From the NCBI GenBank assembly GCA_030428125.1, contig JAUIBF010000001.1, positions 14,102 through 78,101 of the forward strand: 64,000 nt of DNA. The letters run 5' to 3'. Below, piece by piece: positions 56,221 to 64,000 of the stretch (positions within the stretch are counted from its first letter, which is position 1; each line of letters starts with the position of its first letter). The notes below the pieces were generated by a model that saw nothing but the letters and a program-made list of their open reading frames with translations, was not told the DNA's origin and ran no database searches. Source of the DNA: a bacterium (GTDB lineage: Bacteria; Patescibacteriota; Saccharimonadia; Saccharimonadales; SZUA-47). Position numbers and translations under genes: made by a program.

Positions 56221-56251
56221 GCCAAGCGAGCTGCCGCTGCTCCACCCCGCG
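56177..56251 (-). tRNA. tRNA-Met (CAT), initiator-like
   Basis: The reverse complement is CGCGGGGTGGAGCAGCGGCAGCTCGCTTGGCTCATAACCAAGAGGTCGCAGGTTCGAGTCCTGCCCCCGCTACCA. The 5' CGCGGGGTGGAGCAGC and the unpaired 1:72 position resemble bacterial tRNA-fMet. Confidence 0.85.
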
Positions 56252-56407
56252 TCGTCGGCATGTGATGGCGTTTGCGCCAGAACTGCCGACGAAACAAGTT
56301 CCTCGGACACTTCTGGCACCCTCGCCAAGCTGCCTCCTCTCGATTTTGTGAATCCTCTCACAAAATCGGACAAGCTACATTTATTAGTAGCTTTTAGACT
56401 GGGATAT

Positions 56408-56436
56408 ATTATACATAACAGAGGTAATATAGTCAA
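56408..56436 (-). promoter_or_regulatory. consensus sigma70 promoter for the tRNA-fMet leader
   Basis: In minus sense: TTGACT (56436-56431), a 17-nt spacer, TATAAT (56413-56408). Confidence 0.6.
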
Positions 56437-56689
56437 TGGTGTGGTTTGGGGAAATAGTTTTAACTAAAGACTATTTCTTTGATTTAGGTTTTTTAGGCTC
56501 ACGCCTTGGTCGATCTTTCGACATAAAAACACTCCTCAGTACAAATTAATTTGTCTTGTGTGAAGTGGTTTTATGAAATCATCTTAAGTTTTGCTCCTTG
56601 TGTTGGTATTACCCAAACCACATCTACAATATATCTCATTTCTTACCGCTTGTGTATAGTCGATATCACTCTGATAAAATTACTTCGTT

Positions 56690-58075
56690 ATGATAGAGAG
56701 ACAAGTAGACGCAATTATAGGTCTGCAAATGGGTGACGAAGGAAAGGGTAGATTTGCTCACCAGCTTGCAGCGAACTATCCTATGGTTGCACGATTTAAT
56801 GGAGGGGCAAACGCAGGACACACATTTTCGCATAATGGTCGGGAAGTAAACACACATCAGATTCCGTCTGGTATTACTCACGAAGGTGTTGTGAACTTGA
56901 TAACTATTAGCTCATACGTTGATCCAAAAGCATTACTAGAAGAAGCAAACGGACTCTGGGAAATAGGAATTCCGGTATCGGGTAGAAACCTTAAAGTATC
57001 TGATGGGGCAAATTTAGTATTGCCACACCATATTATGCGCGACAATATTCGTGAGTTAAGTAAGGACGGACAAGGTAGTACAGGGCGAGGTATTAGCTTT
57101 GTAGGTTCAGATAAATACGAACGAATTGGCGTTACACTAAATGACTTCATTAACGACCCTCAGCTTGTAAAATCAAGGGTTATTGAAGGTATAGACGGGG
57201 TCAACAGATCACTGGATGAGTTGTTCGTCTCCGTAATGGAAGACGATGACTTAGAAGATTCAAATCGCGAACAGCTATTGGAAAATATTTGCAATGCTGT
57301 TGGTGTAGCTAATCTAGAATGGGCCAGCTGGAAAGAAGCGACTGGAGAAATTAGAGCATACGAAACGGATACTTTTGAATTTATCCACGAAGCATTAGGA
57401 AAAGGTCAAACGCTACTAGCAGAAGGTGCTCAAAGTTCTGGATTAGATATCGAGCATGGAATGAGGCCGGAAACCACTTCATCACATGTGACCATTGGTG
57501 GCGCGTTAAGCAGCATAGGCGTTGGACCACGTGCTATTGGAGAAGTTTATGGTGTCGCGAAACTTCCTAAATCAAGGGTAGGTGGTACACCTGAATCTTT
57601 TCCTACCAGGATCACGGATGAAGAAATAGCAGCTCGTATTAGAGGTAACGCAGGCGATATTGATGGAGAATACGGAAAGTCTACAGGTAGAGAACGAATG
57701 GTGGGATGGCTCGATTTACCAGAGCTTAGAAGATCTGTATTAGTAAATGAAGTAACACAATTAGTATTTACAAAATTAGATTGTATTCCAAGAGCCGGGG
57801 ACTATACTCAAGTTGCTACACATTTTGTAGGCGAAGATGGACAGCCTGTTGAGATAGCTCCAAACTTTGTTAGTAAGGTCAGAAAAATGAAACCTGAATA
57901 TGAACAGTTACCAACATGGGAAGAAGATATTTCCGGTGTGCGAAGGTTTGATGAATTACCAGAAAATGCCAAAGCCTACCTCGAATTTATCAAGAGCCAA
58001 CTAGGTGTCGAGATAACAATGGTCGGTGTCGGTCCAGAGTCTGAGCAATTTATTGATATGCGAGTAGCGACTTAA
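56690..58075 (+). CDS. purA: adenylosuccinate synthetase
   Basis: GLQMGDEGKG P-loop and GGANAGHT. Confidence 0.85.
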   Translation: MIERQVDAIIGLQMGDEGKGRFAHQLAANYPMVARFNGGANAGHTFSHNGREVNTHQIPSGITHEGVVNLITISSYVDPKALLEEANGLWEIGIPVSGRNLKVSDGANLVLPHHIMRDNIRELSKDGQGSTGRGISFVGSDKYERIGVTLNDFINDPQLVKSRVIEGIDGVNRSLDELFVSVMEDDDLEDSNREQLLENICNAVGVANLEWASWKEATGEIRAYETDTFEFIHEALGKGQTLLAEGAQSSGLDIEHGMRPETTSSHVTIGGALSSIGVGPRAIGEVYGVAKLPKSRVGGTPESFPTRITDEEIAARIRGNAGDIDGEYGKSTGRERMVGWLDLPELRRSVLVNEVTQLVFTKLDCIPRAGDYTQVATHFVGEDGQPVEIAPNFVSKVRKMKPEYEQLPTWEEDISGVRRFDELPENAKAYLEFIKSQLGVEITMVGVGPESEQFIDMRVAT

Positions 58076-58078
58076 GAA

Positions 58079-58981
58079 TTACCAGCTTTGTTCGCTGTAG
58101 TCCATGTAGTTACTGTCGGTTGCAGTAACTTTGTATGCAATATAGTTACCTTTGTCGAGTTTTGCAATCGGAGGTAATTTCGTACCTTCTATGTACTTTC
58201 TAGGCTCGATAATATGTTCAAATACCTGCTGTTTTAACTTGGCGTCCGCGATTGGCTCAGCTGTTCCTTTGATATATAAAACCTGTAAAGATTCAGAAGG
58301 ATGGATAGTAATCTGAACTTTGCTGTTAGACTCCAAATTTTTGACCTTAGTAGTTTCAGTTTTGGTCAGGAAATATATGTTTTCATCTTTATCCAATATG
58401 TAATGAATAACCGATGCATGTACGTTGCCTCTTCCGTCAGACGTGGAAAGTACGGCAGTATTATCGAGTTTAGTTGTGCCATCGTTTTCATGTGGCCTGG
58501 ATAATGGTTTGTCGTGATCGATTTTATACGGCTGGAAATCTTTCTTGGCTGGCTCTTCCGGTTTTAATGTGGATGCAGTATCGCGTTTTTCTATATATTT
58601 TTCAATATACTCAACAAACTTTTTTGCGCATTTTATATTTACGTACCTCAGTTCGTAATCTTTTACGTGGGTATGAAGTACTATTGAGGCAAAGGGGCCG
58701 GCTAACGTGGTCTTAACGCCAGCAACTACTTCGTAAGTTATTTCGTCCCAGTTTCGATAAAACGGCTTACAATCTATAAATATTACACGTCTGTCGGTGG
58801 CAACTAACATCACAGGCTCGAAAGATTCGTATAAACGACCGTAAACAACGCCTTTGACGTGCTCATTCTCATGAATAATAGTAGGCAGGTATCCGGTGCT
58901 CAGTTTCGTGAATCCATAAGCAGTCATCCCAGCTTTTTTGAGTTCGTCTTTAACTCTTTGGTTGTGTTTGGCTAAGTTCAT
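58079..58981 (-). CDS. bacterial PH-domain plus pyridoxamine-5'-phosphate-oxidase-like fusion protein
   Basis: The N-terminal half resembles YokE-type PH domains. The C-terminal half (AVLSTSDGRGNVHASVIHYILD...) is a PNPOx-like split barrel. Confidence 0.45.
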   Translation of the reverse strand: MNLAKHNQRVKDELKKAGMTAYGFTKLSTGYLPTIIHENEHVKGVVYGRLYESFEPVMLVATDRRVIFIDCKPFYRNWDEITYEVVAGVKTTLAGPFASIVLHTHVKDYELRYVNIKCAKKFVEYIEKYIEKRDTASTLKPEEPAKKDFQPYKIDHDKPLSRPHENDGTTKLDNTAVLSTSDGRGNVHASVIHYILDKDENIYFLTKTETTKVKNLESNSKVQITIHPSESLQVLYIKGTAEPIADAKLKQQVFEHIIEPRKYIEGTKLPPIAKLDKGNYIAYKVTATDSNYMDYSEQSW

Positions 58982-59130
58982 AATGCACCTCCTAATATCT
59001 AGTATCTACTCCTTGAGAGCAGTTTTCAAGTATAAGCAAAACGGCTAGGATTTACTCCCAGCCGCTTTGCTTCAGTCTTTAATGCATGTATCTATTCAGT
59101 AGCTTGCTCCGATCCTCCCTCAAAATGAGG

Positions 59131-59601
59131 TCAACCATGTCCACGATGTCCAAAACCCTCACCTTTTTCTGATCTAATAGCGTCTAAGTCTATGCCTTGC
59201 TCTTCAGCCCAAGCTTTAAAGTCTTCCATATCAGATTTCATTTGCTCATGGATTTCTTCACGAGTTAAATCCTGGTCTCTCAACTCTTCACGCGCTTGCC
59301 TCATTTCTTCACGTTTTTGCGAAAGCGCGTCGGCTTGTTCTTGAGTCAAGGTTCCGTCTTCGACCAGACTTGCGAGTCTTTCAGCTTCTTCTGCTTCCAT
59401 TTCAGCATGTTTTTCCACGCGTGCTTCATCGAATACTGCCTGCACATCATCACGGCTCAACCCAAACTTTTCAACAAGTTTATCAATGATTCCACTGCCG
59501 TCCTCACCTCCGTATGCGCTAGCCACAGATGGTCCAACGAGTGATCCTGCAGCTATTGTCGTTAGGACTCCAGCTGCTAGCATTGCTTTACTTAATTTCA
59601 T
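59131..59601 (-). CDS. secreted helical acidic protein (DUF2680/YckD-like)
   Basis: A signal peptide is followed by E/A-rich helices. It lies downstream of the two-component system. Confidence 0.4.
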   Translation of the reverse strand: MKLSKAMLAAGVLTTIAAGSLVGPSVASAYGGEDGSGIIDKLVEKFGLSRDDVQAVFDEARVEKHAEMEAEEAERLASLVEDGTLTQEQADALSQKREEMRQAREELRDQDLTREEIHEQMKSDMEDFKAWAEEQGIDLDAIRSEKGEGFGHRGHG

Positions 59602-59768
59602 TTCTTCTCCTTCGCTTTAGTTTCTTGATACCCTAGCTGATACTTCGCTTACGTTCCAGGAGCTAAAAAATTGTGAGCTCAGTCCGGAACAGCTTTTACC
59701 GTTAGGATATAAAGAATATAAATTACCAAGCTGAAATCACACTTTGAGAAGACTTAATTTTTGCTGAG

Positions 59769-60782
59769 TTAGTATTTTGGTACGCAAACAGTGAAAGTAG
59801 AACCTTTGTCCACAGTACTTTTTACAGTGATTTTGCCACTAAGTGCCTCGATAGATTTTTTTGCAATTGAGAGGCCGATTCCATATCCACCTACTTTGTT
59901 CTTGGTCCTAGACTGGTCGGCCCTATAAAACCTATCAAATATCTTATCCTCATCCAGAGGGTTTATTCCAACCCCTCTGTCTTTAACATCAACCAGATAA
60001 CTGCTCTTGCTCAAACTAACTTTAATAGAAATTTCTGAGCCCGTAGGACTGTATTTACTGGCATTATTTACTAGAGTCGCTATGACATTAGTCAAAGCCT
60101 CTTCGTTTGTATGGATTTCTTGAGACTTAAGTTTTCTAATAACGGTTTGTTTTTTCCTAGAAATATCCTTTTTATTACGTGCAATTGCGTTTTCAATTAT
60201 CTCTCTCAAATCAGCTTTTGCTTTAACTAAATCTTCGTTTTCTAGTCTTGAAAGTTTCAACAATCCTTCTGTAAGGGAGGTGAGTTTATCTAGCTCTTCG
60301 ATGTTACTTTCAAGCTGTTTTTTAGCATCCTTTAATGTTAGCTTTGAATCAGTAAGGGAAATTTCGTTTTCCAACCTCATAGCTGCTATTGGAGTTCTGA
60401 GTTCATGTGAGGCGTCTGAAGTAAACCGACTTTGTGACTCATGAGCTTCCTCGATAGGACGCAGACTTCGTCTCGCCAAGTAATAACTTAGTAGTCCACC
60501 ACTGACAAATATAAATAAGTTTATAAACCCCAAACTTATCCTTATGTCTCGCTTAGCATCCTTAATTGCCTTATCTTGACCAGTTAAAAAGTCTTGCAGG
60601 CCTTCAAGGTTGTTCAGCCTTATTATCTGCGCAAATGAGTTTGGTCGACGGATACCTTGTTCAATTTCGCGTGATGCTAACTGGTAAAGACCTAAACTGA
60701 AAATTAGGGAAATTGACATTATTATTAGCAAATATAAACCAGTAAGTCTTAGTGATGCTCGCTGGAACATGCTCTGTCGCAT
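59769..60782 (-). CDS. sensor histidine kinase
   Basis: Two TM segments, the H-box FTSDASHELRTP and the ATPase motifs NASKYSP, DRGVGI and GGYGIGLSIAK. Confidence 0.9.
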   Translation of the reverse strand: MRQSMFQRASLRLTGLYLLIIMSISLIFSLGLYQLASREIEQGIRRPNSFAQIIRLNNLEGLQDFLTGQDKAIKDAKRDIRISLGFINLFIFVSGGLLSYYLARRSLRPIEEAHESQSRFTSDASHELRTPIAAMRLENEISLTDSKLTLKDAKKQLESNIEELDKLTSLTEGLLKLSRLENEDLVKAKADLREIIENAIARNKKDISRKKQTVIRKLKSQEIHTNEEALTNVIATLVNNASKYSPTGSEISIKVSLSKSSYLVDVKDRGVGINPLDEDKIFDRFYRADQSRTKNKVGGYGIGLSIAKKSIEALSGKITVKSTVDKGSTFTVCVPKY

Positions 60783-61462
60783 TACTTTTTCTCTCCGAAG
60801 TAATAGCCAAAACCACGTCTAGTATTTATGAGTTTTGGAAGGTCAGGGAAGGGTTTATCGATTTTGTTTCGTAAATATCCCATATAAACTTCTACTGTAT
60901 TTGGTAGGATGTCAGCGTCATAATCCCAAACATGCTGCATAATCTGATCTTTGGTGGCTATGCGTCCGGGTTGGCTCATTAAATATTCAAGCAGGGCAAA
61001 CTCTTTTGAGGTAAGTTCAATAATTTCCTTACCACGATTAGCAGTGAAGCTATCACGGTCCAAACTAACACCGTTTGATTCTATGTGAGTGTCAACTGCT
61101 TCCTTGGGTCTGCGCAATAGGGCACGCACCCTTGCAATTAATTCTACAAAAGCAAAGGGTTTGACCAGATAGTCATCCGCGCCCGCGTTGAGACCTTCTG
61201 CGCGGTCAAGCACCTTATCTTTTGCAGTAAGTAAAAGGACCGGGGTATGGATTGAAGCCTCTCGCATCGACTTCAAAATCGTAATACCATCGGTCCCAGG
61301 CAACATCCTGTCCAGAATAACTATGTCGTAAGGTTCAGTAGTTGCCATACTGAGTCCTTCATCTCCGTCGTAACAAACATCCACAGCGAAGGCCTGTCTT
61401 TCCAACCCGCGCACAAGTGCCCCAGCTATCTTATGATCATCTTCTATAACTAGAACTCTCAT
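60782..61462 (-). CDS. OmpR-family response regulator
   Basis: A receiver domain (DVCYDGDEG...VILDRMLPG) plus a winged-helix C-terminus. Confidence 0.9.
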   Translation of the reverse strand: MRVLVIEDDHKIAGALVRGLERQAFAVDVCYDGDEGLSMATTEPYDIVILDRMLPGTDGITILKSMREASIHTPVLLLTAKDKVLDRAEGLNAGADDYLVKPFAFVELIARVRALLRRPKEAVDTHIESNGVSLDRDSFTANRGKEIIELTSKEFALLEYLMSQPGRIATKDQIMQHVWDYDADILPNTVEVYMGYLRNKIDKPFPDLPKLINTRRGFGYYFGEKK

Positions 61463-61551
61463 ACTTATATTATAACTGCCAACCTGAAATTAAACTGAGA
61501 AAATAAAACACCACTGAAAGATTTAACCTCCAGTGGTGTATTCTATGCGTT

Positions 61552-61800
61552 TTATCGCTGTCGTTCGCGTGCTTCACTAACGTGAATAGTTCGACCACCA
61601 AATTCCTTGTTGTCTAAGCCGTCAATCGCAGCTTTACCTTCATCGTCAGAGTCAAATTCTACGAATCCAAACCCACGTGAACGTCCAGTTTCTCGGTCAG
61701 TGATAACTTTAGCGCTTGCTACAGTACCAAATTGTGAGAAGCCATCTTTAAGCTCATCATCGGTTGTTGAAAACGGTAATCCGCCTACAAATAGTTTCAT
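61552..61800 (-). CDS. RRM-type RNA-binding protein
   Basis: RNP-2 motif LFVGGL and RNP-1 motif RGFGFVEF. Confidence 0.85.
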   Translation of the reverse strand: MKLFVGGLPFSTTDDELKDGFSQFGTVASAKVITDRETGRSRGFGFVEFDSDDEGKAAIDGLDNKEFGGRTIHVSEARERQR

Positions 61801-61956
61801 GTTACTGTTACTTTCCTCTTATTTTCTTTGGCAATTCGACCATCTGATTGAGAGGATATGTAACGTTGAACGATTTTCTTAGCACTTTTCACTCTTAAAA
61901 GACTCTTGCAAGACTAATTAAAACACGAAATTAACAAATCAACTAATTATTTTGGG

Positions 61957-63351
61957 TCATTTACAATCGATTTTGTTAGCAGCACGTCTAACAGCTTGAG
62001 ACCAGGTAGGGAAAGCATGAATTGTATACTGGATTTTTGATGCTTTCATTTTCCACTGAATCGCTAGTGTAAGTTCATGGATCAGCTCACCGGCTCGTGG
62101 ACCGATAATGCTTGCTCCTAGTAGTACGCCCTTTTTATTAGCTAGGATTTTCACAAATCCGGTATCTTCTTGTGTAGTGTTTGCTCTAGACACTACACTC
62201 AACGGAATCGCACCAACTTGATACTTAACTTTCTTTGCTTTTAGCTCTGCTTCTGTAGCTCCGACAGCAGCTACTTCAGGTTCAATAAATACACATCTAG
62301 GGACAGCGTGATAATCTGCCATGTAGATTAGGCTAGAACTCATGTTTTGAGCCGCTATTCTACTTTGATAACTGGCAGTATGAGTAAACATGTATCCACC
62401 AGTAACATCACCGGCCGCAAATATGTGTGGGCTGGAGGTTTTCATTTCTCGGTTCACTTTTATTCCACGTCTGTCGAACTCTACACCAGCATTTTCTAGT
62501 CCTAGATCAGTATTAGGTGCTTTCCCAGCTGCAAGCAAAATATTGTCGACTGTTACTTTGTGAATTTTCCCAAGTTTCTCAAAGCTAACAATTCTCTGAG
62601 AGCCTTTTTTCTCAACTTTAACGACTTTAGATTCTGTATGTACTTCAGTTCCATTGGCGTCGAAAATAGCTTCAACTAGGTCGCCGACTTCTTCGTCTTC
62701 ACGTGCAAGTAAGCGTTCAGCAAACTCAGCGATGTGGACTTTTACTCCAAAACTGGAGAAAATATGAGCGAATTCACAGCCAATAGCACCTCCACCTATA
62801 ATAAATAGGCTTTTTGGTGGTTTCTCTAAGTCAAGAGCCTGACGGTAACCAATATACCCGGATTCTTCAAGGCCGGGAATAGGTGGTACGACATCATGAG
62901 TCCCAGTTGCAATTAGAAACTGCTGTGCAGTGTAGCGTTTACCTCTGACACTCAGGGTCCAAGGGTCTATAAAGTGAGCATGTCCTTTAATGACGTTTAT
63001 GCCATCGTTTTTGAATGCGGCCTCTCCTTCTGAGGTCCCTGTGTTGCGTACAGCGGTATCTTTCCAAGCTTTAATTGCAGGGTAGTTGATAGATACATCT
63101 TTAACTTTAATTCCAAAGTTCTCAGCGTTCTTGATTGTGTTAAGAGTTTCGGCTGTCTGAAGCAAGGCTTTTGTAGGCACGCAACCATAGTTAGGGCATT
63201 CACCGCCTAGTTTTTCCTGCTCAATAACAGCAACAGATTTACCCTTGGATCTTAATGTGTGTGCTGCAACACCACCACCAGAACCGGTACCTATGACAAT
63301 TACGTCGTAGTCAGTCAATTTAGGTTTTATGTGTTTTGATTTATAAACCAC
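61957..63351 (-). CDS. FAD-dependent pyridine nucleotide-disulfide oxidoreductase (Lpd/MerA/Gor class)
   Basis: GTGSGG FAD site, the redox-active GGECPNYGCVPTK and a C-terminal dimerisation domain with an HAFPT-type motif. Confidence 0.8.
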   Translation of the reverse strand: MVYKSKHIKPKLTDYDVIVIGTGSGGGVAAHTLRSKGKSVAVIEQEKLGGECPNYGCVPTKALLQTAETLNTIKNAENFGIKVKDVSINYPAIKAWKDTAVRNTGTSEGEAAFKNDGINVIKGHAHFIDPWTLSVRGKRYTAQQFLIATGTHDVVPPIPGLEESGYIGYRQALDLEKPPKSLFIIGGGAIGCEFAHIFSSFGVKVHIAEFAERLLAREDEEVGDLVEAIFDANGTEVHTESKVVKVEKKGSQRIVSFEKLGKIHKVTVDNILLAAGKAPNTDLGLENAGVEFDRRGIKVNREMKTSSPHIFAAGDVTGGYMFTHTASYQSRIAAQNMSSSLIYMADYHAVPRCVFIEPEVAAVGATEAELKAKKVKYQVGAIPLSVVSRANTTQEDTGFVKILANKKGVLLGASIIGPRAGELIHELTLAIQWKMKASKIQYTIHAFPTWSQAVRRAANKIDCK

Positions 63352-63366
63352 CCTTAAATTTCCCCT

Positions 63367-63636
63367 TTACCAAACTATTCTATGATGAAGTAACATATGT
63401 CCTGCATCTGGATGGTAAGCACCCAAGTGTTTGGCTGCTTGTCTGCGAATATCATTTGCAGTTACTTCGTGTTTTTTAGATATCCAGGCGTTTACGTCTT
63501 TCTGAACTTTATCTGCAACTAATTCTGCACTGCCTGCTGGTTCTCTAACAGCTTGGCAAGCTGCAAACACACTTGCATATACTTTTCGTTCGTCGTATGG
63601 TTCAGTGTGGCCTTTTCTTTTAACGATATGTTGCAT
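63367..63636 (-). CDS. stand-alone ATP-cone domain protein
   Basis: 89 aa. HIVKRKGHTEPYDERKV... fits the ATP-cone pattern seen at NrdR/NrdA N-termini. Confidence 0.5.
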   Translation of the reverse strand: MQHIVKRKGHTEPYDERKVYASVFAACQAVREPAGSAELVADKVQKDVNAWISKKHEVTANDIRRQAAKHLGAYHPDAGHMLLHHRIVW

Positions 63637-63640
63637 GATC

Positions 63641-64000
63641 TTATCCGAAATTTATTGTCCCATTAGCGATTAAAATTAGTATCCAGCCTAGCGCTACGAA
63701 CAGCAGGCCCATAGCTAGACGCATACTGCCTTTAGATTCTTCTTTCCACTTACTAACGGCGCTAATTTTAGTGCCTGACGCTACCATAATGAGAATAACG
63801 ATCAAAGGCAACACAAATACCAGGTTATAGAGAACCATTAGCAAGAATGCCCAGATGGTAAAGTCAATTCTCAGTATGGTAATGATTGCAAGATAAGGTG
63901 CACCAGTACAAGGCAGTTCAACAGCTGCAACGAACGCACCTAGAAGCATCACGCCCCATACTGACTTGTTGCTGTGTGACCAGTCGTGGATCTTATCAGC
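63641..64000 (-). CDS. CcdA/DsbD-family thiol-disulfide transfer membrane protein (5' end outside the window)
   Basis: The LPCTGAPYL motif lies in a TM helix. The ORF stays open to the window edge. Confidence 0.55.
   Translation of the reverse strand, partial: ADKIHDWSHSNKSVWGVMLLGAFVAAVELPCTGAPYLAIITILRIDFTIWAFLLMVLYNLVFVLPLIVILIMVASGTKISAVSKWKEESKGSMRLAMGLLFVALGWILILIANGTINFG

Noticed and set aside
56252-56400. SRP (4.5S) RNA upstream of tRNA-fMet
   Set aside because: The helix-8 signature (GNRA-capped stem with GGAAGCAGC-type loops) is absent. The apical loop is CUUG and the internal loops do not match.
56215-56436. 73-aa minus-strand ORF
   Set aside because: It overlaps the tRNA gene and its structured leader, has no SD, and its start coincides with the promoter -35.

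Overview
AT-rich, gene-dense bacterial window with short genes, many 4-nt start/stop overlaps and about 90 supportable features. The gene content (archaeal-type short AspRS, MurC, UppP, PD40/TolB-like surface proteins, many small secreted acidic proteins, few biosynthetic genes) suggests a reduced-genome Patescibacteria/Saccharibacteria-like organism. That placement is inference only. Most of the window is housekeeping and envelope genes. Five things stand out. (1) A 5.4-kb integrative element sits in the 3' end of a tRNA-fMet-like gene. It carries a large serine recombinase and a cargo operon of an OLD/PARIS-like ATPase-TOPRIM protein plus two unknown proteins, so it is a candidate defence islet. 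(2) Single-gene cassettes lie downstream of tRNA-Asn. Each ends in the tRNA 3'-end heptamer, and three carry a conserved 49-nt terminal repeat. (3) A cobalamin-riboswitch-like leader with an intrinsic terminator precedes a translationally coupled operon of unknown proteins. (4) A 68-nt two-hairpin RNA motif occurs twice with compensatory stem changes. (5) pyrE is interrupted by an in-frame TAA. No rRNA genes or CRISPR arrays were seen. All calls are by eye from the sequence and ORF track, and no searches were run.
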